A DNA stretch of 64,000 nucleotides from an uncultured bacterium (GTDB lineage: Bacteria; Acidobacteriota; HRBIN11; JAKEFK01): positions 96,001-160,000 of the forward strand of contig CAVZQN010000008.1 in assembly GCA_963777505.1 (NCBI GenBank), read 5' to 3'. Under the pieces are notes generated by a model. The model was not told the DNA's origin. It made no database searches and saw only the letters and a program-made list of their open reading frames with translations. A program made the translations under genes and the position numbers. Shown here piece by piece: positions 52,651-62,165 of the stretch; positions within the stretch are counted from its first letter, which is position 1, and every line of letters starts with the position of its first letter.

Positions 52651-53418
52651 ATGAAAAAAGTTCTGTACGTGATGGTACTCATGCTGCTTCCTCTGGTTTC
52701 GATATCAGGCGCAGACGTTATCCTTTTTGGTCCTGAAGCCTATGAGCGGTCAGAAGGATCACCAAACGTTTTTGATGAAGCATTTGCTACAACTGAAAAC
52801 GATGGGTTTCTGATCGTATTTAACGGAGACGATGAACAGGATTCCCGTGTAACAAGCGGGAACATAACAGTGAACGGAAGTTCGGTTGTGGATCCTGGCG
52901 AGTTAAATGAAACGGTTGAAAGGATCATTAAACCCGTCAATCTAGAAAGCAATAACACAATGCAAATCACACTGGATGGAGAACCTGGTGGATACATCAT
53001 TGTGATGATTGTAAAAGACAAAAAGAACATTCCTGAATTTACAGCAGGGAGAATTCAACTTTCATGGACTTCAATCGCTGATCCGAATGTGACTACCAGT
53101 CTTCGTTTGAAGAATGGTTCCCCACGTTTTCCGCGACGGTTCAAAGTCCGTTTCTTTAATGAAGATGGCACATTGGCTGCTGCTTCAGAAAGAATGGTAC
53201 TGCCTGCACATGGAAGTTTGAATTCTGCTTTGACATCATTTCTACCCGTCGGTGCAACATGGACAGCTGGAAGTGTTGAGATTGTTTTTGTTGGACCAGG
53301 TGGTGGAAAAATCTTGGGATTCGGAATTCAAACCAACAGTTCTTTACAGACTGAAACCTCAGTTCCACTCCAAAATGGCGGCTTGCGCCACAATTTCGAA
53401 GATAAGAAAAAGAAATAA
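52651..53418 (+). CDS. Secreted two-domain beta-sandwich hypothetical protein
   Basis: AAGGAGG RBS, signal peptide, FGPEAYER..G.P and FFNEDGT patterns. Confidence 0.7.
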   Translation: MKKVLYVMVLMLLPLVSISGADVILFGPEAYERSEGSPNVFDEAFATTENDGFLIVFNGDDEQDSRVTSGNITVNGSSVVDPGELNETVERIIKPVNLESNNTMQITLDGEPGGYIIVMIVKDKKNIPEFTAGRIQLSWTSIADPNVTTSLRLKNGSPRFPRRFKVRFFNEDGTLAAASERMVLPAHGSLNSALTSFLPVGATWTAGSVEIVFVGPGGGKILGFGIQTNSSLQTETSVPLQNGGLRHNFEDKKKK

Positions 53419-53511
53419 CGGCCTGATAAGCTCCTTCAACGGAGTGGCTGAGTACCAGCCGGGGCGGTGTCCGCCCCGGCCTTATCCTGAATGCGATGAA
53501 ATGCGAGATAG

Positions 53512-53739
53512 TCAGAACAAGGTTGGACTTTTTTTATCCTTACGTGTTTTCGAAAAGAGCCGGGTTAAGATTCTTGATTTCCAATACAGCGGATCGCTAA
53601 CAGGTGTTTCAATAGTGATGTCTGTTAAATTGCTGGCATGACGTGCTAATTTTTCAACTAACTCTTCGATCGAATTTGCTTTAACTCTAAGTGCATATTT
53701 CCGTTTGCGCTTTGTTTGCAATCTCACTTTCCACTTCAT
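53512..53739 (-). CDS. Small basic hypothetical protein
   Basis: 75-aa ORF with GAAGG upstream of the ATG; fills an otherwise empty gap. Confidence 0.5.
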   Translation of the reverse strand: MKWKVRLQTKRKRKYALRVKANSIEELVEKLARHASNLTDITIETPVSDPLYWKSRILTRLFSKTRKDKKSPTLF

Positions 53740-53825
53740 ACACGCCTTCTGTTGATACCTTTATTTAACCACGAAGTTTAATCCTACTCTCCTTGTGATA
53801 AGATTGCTCTTCAACGAGGCTTTCG

Positions 53826-54497
53826 ATGCGCATTTTTTCCACCATTTTTATGTTGTGTTTTTTGTTTTCTGCGGTCTGTTTTGCTCATGAAGTCTCAGGA
53901 ACCATTGAAGTTATATTAAAAGGAGACAAGAAAAAGGAAGATCTTTCTTCTGTCGTTATTTATTTGGATGAAGTACGCGCCACATCAGCTGCCGTTGGAG
54001 AATCCAAAAAAGACTATTCAATGTCGACGAAGAACAAACAGCTCAGCCCTCGTTCTATGGCAGTCCCGGTGGGAGCTAAAATAACATTTCCAAATTACGA
54101 TCCGATTTTCCACAATTTGTTTTCTGTTTCAGCGCCAAATGAATTTGATTTGGGCCTCTATAAAGGAGGTGCAAGCAAAACTCATAGCTTTGCAAAACCC
54201 GGGATTGTTCGCGTATTTTGTAATGTTCATCCCCAAATGAGTGCGACAATTGTTGTAGCAAATAGCTCTTATTTAACAAGCGCAAGCAAAACAGGCAGCT
54301 TTTCTCTGGGTGATGTTCCTAACGGTACTTACCTCCTTAAAGCCTATACAGAAGAAGGACAGAGTGAACAAAGGATCCAGGTCTCAGAATCGCCACTGAA
54401 AGTTAAGCTTTCCATCGATGGAAAGAATTTCAAAAAAGTAAAACACAAAAACAAATTCGGCAAGGACTATTCGACTGACGAAAATGAGAAGTACTGA
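53826..54497 (+). CDS. Exported cupredoxin-like (MauL-like) + carboxypeptidase-regulatory-like protein
   Basis: Signal peptide, FPNYDPIFHNLFS, FDLGLY, FCNVHPQM (type-1 Cu ligands). Confidence 0.85.
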   Translation: MRIFSTIFMLCFLFSAVCFAHEVSGTIEVILKGDKKKEDLSSVVIYLDEVRATSAAVGESKKDYSMSTKNKQLSPRSMAVPVGAKITFPNYDPIFHNLFSVSAPNEFDLGLYKGGASKTHSFAKPGIVRVFCNVHPQMSATIVVANSSYLTSASKTGSFSLGDVPNGTYLLKAYTEEGQSEQRIQVSESPLKVKLSIDGKNFKKVKHKNKFGKDYSTDENEKY

Positions 54498-56541
54498 ACG
54501 TAAGGGGATCAGCCTTGCTATTAAGTTTTTCATCTTCACTGCACTCCTAATCTTCCTCTTGATTTTTGTCACCAATGTTTTTAGTTCACGCAAGGCAAAT
54601 GATCTCGCACAAGAAACAATCCGTAGCGCTCTTACTGAAACCTTAACTGCATATGATAATTTTCAGGAAGATCGATACACAAAACTGAAACTTGCAAATA
54701 ACCTGATTGCTCAATATCCCTACTTTCAGGCTTATATCGCCGAAGCTGATACGAATAGCATTTTGGATCTTGTACAACAGGAACAGCCAAAAACAAAAAG
54801 TGATTTCATCATTGTGACTGATCCTGATGGGATCATTCTTGCGCGCACTGACAAACCTGCAATGAAAGGCCGGAATATTGCAAACATTTCGTTAATGCAA
54901 GAAGCATTGAACGGAGATGAAGTGTCCGGATTGTGGGTGGAGGGTCAGGAATTATATGATGCGGTTGCGCTGCCTGTAATTACAGGAGATTCAATGACCG
55001 CTTGTCTCGCGGTTGGCTATTCCATCAACGATGCATTCGCATCTGAAATCAAAAGCCTGACGCATTCCGAAACTGCATTCTTTCTAACCGCGGAAAAATC
55101 TGATCCCGTCCTCATTGCAACTACGATGTCGGAAAAGAAAAATGAGCTTGCTTCAGCTTACAAATCAAATCGCGATAAGGATACCGAAACATTTCGCTTC
55201 AAAGTTGGTCCCGAAAACTATATCGGTATAGCCCGGCGGTTAAAAGATTCTGCCGGAAAAGATATGGCCAGTTTTGTAACATTTCGATCTTTGGATCGAG
55301 AGTTATTTGGATTCCGTCAGTTTCAAAAAAATGTTTTATATGTAGGTCTTGGAATCATGGGAGTTGCCTTTCTTATTAGTTTCCTTGGAGCGCGAAGGAT
55401 TACAGGGCCATTGCGGCATCTAACTCATGCAATCAATGAAGTGAAGGAAGGCAACTATGATGTCGATATCAAAGTAAAATCAGGTGACGAAGTTGGAATT
55501 CTTGCACATACCTTTCAGCGTTTACTAGGCGAACTCAAAGAAAAGGCGCAACTCGTTCAGTACCTTTCGAACCAGCCGACGCAATCCAGCACGATGGCAT
55601 CGAATGCTGCAACGATTTCTTCACCACACCAGCAGCCTACGATCACGCCTCAATCTCAATCTCAGCCTGCCCAGCAAACAATGTCGTCTCTGGCTCCCGG
55701 CACTGTGATCGCGAATCGATATGAAGTTCAATCAGTACTAGGGACAGGCGGTATGGGAGTTGTTTTAAAGGCCCACGATCGCCAACTCGATGAAATTGTT
55801 GCTTTGAAAATGTTGAAGGGTGAAGCGTTTACACAAGATCCTGCCGCATTGGAACGATTCAAGCAAGAATTGAAATTGGCGCGGCGAATTACTCACCGGC
55901 ATGTAGTCAGAACCTATGACTATTCTGAACTGGATCGCTACTACATGATCAGTATGGAATACGTAAAAGGAATTACTTTAAAACAGCTTGTACGTCAGCG
56001 TGGAATGCTTCCGCTGAAAATTGGATTACAAATTGGCAAACAAATTTGTGCCGCGCTCGATGCAGCGCATGAAAAGGGCGTCGTGCATCGCGATATCAAA
56101 CCACAAAATATTTTGCTTGAAAGCAGCGGTGATGTAAAAATCATGGATTTTGGAATTGCTCGATTAGAAGAAATGAAAGGAATGACTTCGACCGGCACAG
56201 TGATGGGAACCCCGGATTACATGTCGCCGGAACAAGCACAAGGCATCGAGCTTGACCATCGCACAGATGTCTACTCAACAGGTGTCGTGTTGTTTGAAGT
56301 TTTCTGCGGAAGATTACCTTTCCAGGCGGATTCAGCGCTGGCTGTTTTGAATATGCACATTCGAGAATTACCCCCAAAACCTTCAAGTCTTCATCCACAT
56401 ATCCCGCCCGAGCTCGATCGCATCTTGCTAAAAGCAATGGCAAAAAATGCTGCTCAAAGGTATGCAAATATTTCTGAGCTGTATAAAGATCTGGATTCCT
56501 TGTCTGAAACCATCGCAGAAAGAATTGAAAAGAGCGCGTGA
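54484..56541 (+). CDS. Membrane Ser/Thr kinase with periplasmic Cache-like sensor and HAMP domain
   Basis: TM-sensor-TM, HAMP (PLRHL..DEVGILA..F), Hanks motifs GTGGMG, VALK, HRDIKPQN, DFG, GTPDYMSPE. Confidence 0.93.
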   Translation: MRSTERKGISLAIKFFIFTALLIFLLIFVTNVFSSRKANDLAQETIRSALTETLTAYDNFQEDRYTKLKLANNLIAQYPYFQAYIAEADTNSILDLVQQEQPKTKSDFIIVTDPDGIILARTDKPAMKGRNIANISLMQEALNGDEVSGLWVEGQELYDAVALPVITGDSMTACLAVGYSINDAFASEIKSLTHSETAFFLTAEKSDPVLIATTMSEKKNELASAYKSNRDKDTETFRFKVGPENYIGIARRLKDSAGKDMASFVTFRSLDRELFGFRQFQKNVLYVGLGIMGVAFLISFLGARRITGPLRHLTHAINEVKEGNYDVDIKVKSGDEVGILAHTFQRLLGELKEKAQLVQYLSNQPTQSSTMASNAATISSPHQQPTITPQSQSQPAQQTMSSLAPGTVIANRYEVQSVLGTGGMGVVLKAHDRQLDEIVALKMLKGEAFTQDPAALERFKQELKLARRITHRHVVRTYDYSELDRYYMISMEYVKGITLKQLVRQRGMLPLKIGLQIGKQICAALDAAHEKGVVHRDIKPQNILLESSGDVKIMDFGIARLEEMKGMTSTGTVMGTPDYMSPEQAQGIELDHRTDVYSTGVVLFEVFCGRLPFQADSALAVLNMHIRELPPKPSSLHPHIPPELDRILLKAMAKNAAQRYANISELYKDLDSLSETIAERIEKSA

Positions 56542-56573
56542 TCGGCGTTAGTAAAATCCGTAAAAATCAAACT

Positions 56574-58514
56574 ATGAAAAAAATAATATTCGTGCTTATC
56601 GTGATTGGAATCACCACAATACTTATCGCTCAAGAAAGGCGGGAAGCCGGAAATCTTGTGATTGAGAATATTCCGGAAATTCCGAAAACAGTCTTTGAAA
56701 GGCTGGATCAATATCAAAATGTGCGTTCTGCATCATTCAGCGATTGGGAACCATCCGGGAATGGAATGCTGATCTCAACTCGTTTTGCAGATACAAATCA
56801 GATCCATCACGTTTCCTCACCTGGCATGCATAGAAAGCAGATGACATTTTTTCGAGAGCCAGTAACAACGGCAGTTTTTCCGCAAGAGAATCAGCCAAAA
56901 GGATACATCTTTCAAATGAATGAAGGCGGCGGTGAGTTCGAGCAACTTTACTGGTTTGATCTGAAAGAAGGAACGTCCAGGCTTTTGACTGACGGCGGAA
57001 AGAGCGTTAACAGCTTTGTTTTGTTTTCAAATTCCGGAAATCAGGCTGTGTATCACAGCACGAAAAGAAATAGCAAAGACTACGATCTCTGGCTGATGAA
57101 TCCGCTTCAACCTGAATCAGAACGCATGGTGAAAGAAGTGAGTGGATTCTGGGCTCCTCTTGACTGGTCAGCTGATGATAAAAAGATTCTGGTGATGAAA
57201 TACGTTTCCGCAAACGAATCATACCTCTACGAAATGGATGCATCTTCAGGAGAGCTAACTCAAATTAATCCATCCGAGAAAAAGATTCGTTACGACACAG
57301 CGTCTTATGCACGTGACCGCTCTGGAATTTATTACGTCTCCGATGAAGATAGTGAATTCTATCGTTTAACGTTTTGGAATCCTGATACCAAAAAGAAACA
57401 AGTCCTTGTCGAGATGAATTGGGACATTGAATTGGTCGTTGTTTCTTTAGATGGGAAATGGATCGCATTTAGTTCAAATGAAGCTGGAATCAGTAAGCTT
57501 CACTTTGGCGCTGCAAACGATCCAAACAGCGCAAAAGTTGTAGATCTCCCGGCAGGTGTGATTTCTAAATTGAAATTTGACCGGCAGAGCAAGAGATTAG
57601 CTTTTAATCTCAGCTCTGCAGATTCGCCGTCAGATGTGTACTCACTGGATACTGCTTCAAGAAAAGTGGAACGCTGGACTTTCAGTGAAACAGGCGGAAT
57701 TGATTCTTCAAAATTTATTGAGCCACAACTGATAAAGTTTCCATCATTTGATTCCGTCGATGGAAAAGCTCGCATGATACCGGCGTTTTATTACAAGCCA
57801 AAAGCAACTGCGAATCAAAAGCATCCAGTGCTCATTAGCATTCATGGCGGACCTGAATCTCAGGCAAAGGCAGCATTCAGTTCAAACTTTCAGTACTGGG
57901 TTAACGAACTCGGCCTCGCAGTACTTGTTCCAAACGTTCGAGGTTCTAGCGGCTTTGGTAAAAGTTATTTGCAATTGGATAATGGGGATAAACGTTTGGA
58001 TTCGGTAAAAGATATTGGAGCGTTGTTGGATTGGATTGCCACACAGCCGGAATTGGATTCAAAACGAGTGGCTGTGTATGGAGGCTCCTATGGCGGCTTT
58101 ATGGTGCTTTCATCGCTGATTCAGTTTGGAGAACGGATTCGATGCGGCATCGATGTTGTAGGAATCAGTAGTTTCGTAACATTTCTGGAAAGCACCGAAA
58201 TTTACCGCCGTGACTTAAGAAGAGCGGAATACGGAGATGAACGGGATCCGAAAATGAGGGAATTCTTAAATTCAATTTCGCCTCTTACAAATTCAACTAA
58301 GATTAAAAGTCCGCTATTTGTTGTGCAAGGTAAAAACGATCCTCGTGTTCCATTCACCGAAGCCGAGCAAATTGTGAAAAGTGTTCGGAGCCAGGGAAAC
58401 ACTGTCTGGTATTTGATGGCAAAAGATGAAGGTCATGGTTTTGCAAAAAAGACGAACAGGGATTATCAAGCAGCAGCTATGACGCTCTTCCTTCAACAAT
58501 TTCTATTGAAGTAG
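56574..58514 (+). CDS. S9 family (prolyl oligopeptidase/acylaminoacyl) peptidase
   Basis: Propeller N-terminus, HGGPE, GGSYGG, NDPRV, EGHGF. Confidence 0.95.
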   Translation: MKKIIFVLIVIGITTILIAQERREAGNLVIENIPEIPKTVFERLDQYQNVRSASFSDWEPSGNGMLISTRFADTNQIHHVSSPGMHRKQMTFFREPVTTAVFPQENQPKGYIFQMNEGGGEFEQLYWFDLKEGTSRLLTDGGKSVNSFVLFSNSGNQAVYHSTKRNSKDYDLWLMNPLQPESERMVKEVSGFWAPLDWSADDKKILVMKYVSANESYLYEMDASSGELTQINPSEKKIRYDTASYARDRSGIYYVSDEDSEFYRLTFWNPDTKKKQVLVEMNWDIELVVVSLDGKWIAFSSNEAGISKLHFGAANDPNSAKVVDLPAGVISKLKFDRQSKRLAFNLSSADSPSDVYSLDTASRKVERWTFSETGGIDSSKFIEPQLIKFPSFDSVDGKARMIPAFYYKPKATANQKHPVLISIHGGPESQAKAAFSSNFQYWVNELGLAVLVPNVRGSSGFGKSYLQLDNGDKRLDSVKDIGALLDWIATQPELDSKRVAVYGGSYGGFMVLSSLIQFGERIRCGIDVVGISSFVTFLESTEIYRRDLRRAEYGDERDPKMREFLNSISPLTNSTKIKSPLFVVQGKNDPRVPFTEAEQIVKSVRSQGNTVWYLMAKDEGHGFAKKTNRDYQAAAMTLFLQQFLLK

Positions 58515-58569
58515 GGGCGACCTTTATGGTCGCCCATTAGCAGAAGGCGACTACAAGGGCCGCCCCTAC
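58511..58569. repeat. REP doublet (REPIN/BIME-like)
   Basis: GTAGGGGCGACCTTTATGGTCGCCC-N9-AGGCGACTACAAGGGCCGCCCCTAC. Confidence 0.88.
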
Positions 58570-58586
58570 CGGTAATCGTAAACATT

Positions 58587-60679
58587 ATGAAAAAAGCACT
58601 TACTTTTTTGATTTTCTTTTTAATGGCTGGCACTATCCATGCCGATGAAGGCATGTGGCTGCTAACTGACCCACCGGTCGATCAACTAAAACAAAAATAC
58701 GATTTCGTTTTAACACCGGAATGGCTACAACGAGCCCAAAAATCTGCTGTGCGTTTCAACAGCGGTGGCTCCGGAAGTTTTGTGTCTTCCGAAGGGCTCA
58801 TCATTACGAATCATCATGTAGGTGGAGATTGTTTAGATAAATTAAGTCCTGCCGGCAAAGATTACTATCGCGACGGATATTTTGCAGCTACACGCAGTGA
58901 GGAATTAAAGTGTCCGGATCTTGAATTGAATGTTCTCACATCGATTGATGACGTCACAGAACTTGTGAACTCTGCTGTTACGCCGAAATGTCAACGCAGG
59001 CAGCTTCAGAAGCCCGGCAAAAAAAGATGTCAGAAATTGAAAAAGAATCAGCGGATAAAACTGGACTCCGGAGTGACATTGTTACGCTTTATCATGGCGG
59101 GTTGTATCATCTCTACCGTTACAAAAAATTCACTGATGTGCGGGTTGTGTTTTCACCTGAGGCTGAGGTTGCCTCATTTGGAGGTGACATTGATAATTTC
59201 GAATTTCCGCGATTCGATTTCGATATCGCATTTTTCCGCGCGTATGAAAATGGCAAGCCCGCGCACCCCGACTATTTTTTGAAATGGAACGCTTCCGGTG
59301 CTGCCGAAAATGATCTTGTATTTGTCATCGGCAATCCGTCATCAACGAATCGTCTCGATACGATCGCAGGCTTAAAATTCCGTCGTGATGTTTTTCTTCC
59401 GTATAGCTTAAACAAACAGCAGTATCGCGAAGGTTTATTTCGTCAATTTTCTAATCTCGGGAAAGAGGAAAGACAACTTGCCGGCGAAAAGCTGTATGAC
59501 GCCGGTAACAGTTTGAAATCTGCGGCCGGTCAATACAGAGGATTACTCGATGCTTCCATCATGGAAATAAAGGTAAAGAATGAATCAAAACTCCTGACCG
59601 AAGTGAATTCAAATCCTGAACTTAAGGCTGAATGTTCAGGTGCATGGGAACAAATTGAAAAATCTGTGACGTCTAGAAAACAGTTCTGGCATGAGTACAT
59701 GTTGTTAGAAAAAGGGGATGCGTTTGATTCAACCTTATTTGAAATTGCGAGATATCTAACCCGCATGGCAATTGAGATTCCTAAACCAGGACCAGATAGG
59801 CTGCGAGAATACCGAGACTCGAATTTGGATTCGTTGAAACAAAAGCTCTATTCTCCTGCGCCTATTTCTCCAAAATTGGAGCAAGCTCAACTGACTGGAT
59901 CGTTGATTTTTCTTGCTCAGAATCTTGGGGGCAGTCATCCATTAGTTCTGGAAATTTTAGATGGACGCTCACCTGAAGCGCGTGCCGCTGAACTTGTTTC
60001 AGGGACAAAGCTGATCGATCCTGAATATCGTAAAAAAATTGCTGACGCCGGATGGAAAGCAATTGAAACATCGGACGATCGTATGATCCAACTTGCTTTA
60101 AAAATTGATTCGCATGCACGCAAATTACGCACACGATACGAATCTGAAGTTGAAGAAGTAGAGCGCCAGGCTTACGCGAAAATTGAAATTGCCAGATTCC
60201 GTACAACAGGAAAATCTCAATACCCGGACGGAACTTTTACTCTACGTTTTGCATATGGACTTGTAAAAGGATATTCCGAAGCCGATCAGGAAATTCCACT
60301 GGCAACTACACTGGGCGGAGCTTTTTTGAGATCGGATGAGCATGAAAATCGTGAACCATTTTCATTGCCGGAAAGCTGGCGAAAGAACAAACAGAAGTTG
60401 AATCTAGAAGCCCCTCTTAACTTCGTTTCCACTGCAGATACGTATTCCGGCAACTCAGGAAGTCCTGTCATGAACCGGGCCGGTGAATTTGTTGGAATTA
60501 ACTTTGATCGTAATCGTCACGGACTTACGCGGAATTTCATCTACGTGGAAGAAAAAGCTCGCCAGATTTCGGTGCACCCTTCAGCGATTGCAGAAATGCT
60601 CCGCAACGGCTATCACGCTAAAAGCCTGTTGATAGAACTCGGCGTTGAAAAGGGTGACGATAAAGACTCCACGAAATGA
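58587..60679 (+). pseudogene. S46 family dipeptidyl peptidase, frameshift near 58985
   Basis: ADEGMW, TNHHV, FGGDIDNFEFPR, PDGTFTLR, GNSGSP. One missing base at CCG|AAATG. Confidence 0.9.
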
Positions 60680-60836
60680 CGCATTAAAAATGCGTCGTTT
60701 GCTAGTCTTTCCCGCCTTATTCTGACTATACGTCCGAATTGACGCAATATAAAACGTCATTTAGGATAGCTACCAGCTGTTCGAACGCATTGGAAACAAA
60801 ATGTAGTTTTGAAATTTTCTTCTGAGTTACACTGGT

Positions 60837-61028
60837 ATGAAGCACACGGTATCGGTAGAAAGGCATTCAAAATGTTTCCGTTGCTTGATTGAAAGGACAA
60901 GAAATAGTTCAAGAATAGAATCGCTGTTTTGTCGACAATGCAGGATACGAAGTCTCATTGAACTGGAAAATTTCGCTACTTCGGCGCAACTAGCGGAGCC
61001 ACGGGCATTGAGGATTGAGCGAAAGTGA
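60837..61028 (+). CDS. Possible small zinc-ribbon protein
   Basis: 63 aa with CFRC and CRQC; no clear RBS. Confidence 0.35.
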   Translation: MKHTVSVERHSKCFRCLIERTRNSSRIESLFCRQCRIRSLIELENFATSAQLAEPRALRIERK

Positions 61029-61212
61029 GAGGATTACCTATTTGATTCAGAACGATTTTTCCCAATTACCTCCCAAAAACTAGAGGGCTCTTCAACACGG
61101 CCCGCGAAAAAGCATTGCAGCGGACGCGTCCTCGGGATTTCTCCGCCGCAGGCCTTCGGCGCGGCGCTGATTCCAGCGTTCGCTGGCATTAGTATGAGTC
61201 TGCCACTACTGA

Positions 61213-61506
61213 TTAAGTCTGATTTTTTAGTGTGATGGCTGTGGATCCCCAATCCGGGCCTTGCTCGAAAGATTCAACCAGCGAAGACTTTTCCAAAACA
61301 GATTGCACGATATTCTTTTGGACGCCCACTCCTTTTCCATGAATGATACGAATGTATCGAAACCCGCGTTGGGAGCATTGCTCCAGATATTCTTCTACCA
61401 GAGCTTTAACATCGCGGGGAGAAAAAGTATGCAAATCAAGAGTATCTGTAATTGGAATTTCTACAGGTTCCTCTTCCAATCTTTCTCCAATTACATTTGC
61501 TGACAC
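61213..61506 (-). CDS. Smr domain protein
   Basis: LDLH, RIIHGKGVG, WGST. Confidence 0.92.
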   Translation of the reverse strand: MSANVIGERLEEEPVEIPITDTLDLHTFSPRDVKALVEEYLEQCSQRGFRYIRIIHGKGVGVQKNIVQSVLEKSSLVESFEQGPDWGSTAITLKNQT

Positions 61507-62165
61507 TTACAACTTGTTTTTGCAGTTACATCTGTCAGCTCGGCATCATCAAGATCAAAAACGATAAAGGGTACACCGCGCGTTCGATATGTTTTAATCG
61601 TTAACGCATCGAAATCAAAAGTGCCGCTTTGCCGGAATTTCTTGAACAATTTATAGCGCACAGTGAAAAGATGGCTCTGAACTTCCGAAACATATTTTCC
61701 AGGATCAGCCATCGACATCCAACATGTCAATGGAGCTTCAGGATCTGTAAGTCGTATCTGAATCTCCATTTCTTTTGAGGTTACAACCGGCAGATCCTTT
61801 TCAAATCTCAGCATGAAATTTGAACCTGTTGCTGGATCCTTGGGAGCAATCAAAAATACGACCCGTTTATTATCAAGATCAGGATAGATATTCAAAAACA
61901 AAGGCTTAGCCTTCTGCTCAAAAAATACACCTTTATAACGTTCATCGATCGCTGTTATTTTGTCTGACTTCAGCGGCCTGAGGGCTTTCGAGAATCTTTG
62001 CATGTCATCAATCAGTATTGAGACATTTTCGTAATTGATTTCCACGGGAGTTCCTTTTGGAATCGTTTTGCTGGGAAGATCTGATTCTGCTGCCTCTTTC
62101 TTGCATGCTGACAGCATGCAAGCCAGTACGATCATGGTGAACGTTATCTTAAGGATTCGAAGCAT
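61491..62165 (-). CDS. Hypothetical lipoprotein
   Basis: GGAGGGG RBS, lipobox LSAC. Confidence 0.7.
   Translation of the reverse strand: MLRILKITFTMIVLACMLSACKKEAAESDLPSKTIPKGTPVEINYENVSILIDDMQRFSKALRPLKSDKITAIDERYKGVFFEQKAKPLFLNIYPDLDNKRVVFLIAPKDPATGSNFMLRFEKDLPVVTSKEMEIQIRLTDPEAPLTCWMSMADPGKYVSEVQSHLFTVRYKLFKKFRQSGTFDFDALTIKTYRTRGVPFIVFDLDDAELTDVTAKTSCKCQQM

Noticed and set aside
53423-53450. Hammerhead ribozyme (CTGATAAG followed by a stem)
   Set aside because: The required GAAA after stem II is missing.
58980-58995. Programmed frameshift in the S46 gene
   Set aside because: No slippery heptamer or evident stimulator; one missing G restores VTPEMS.
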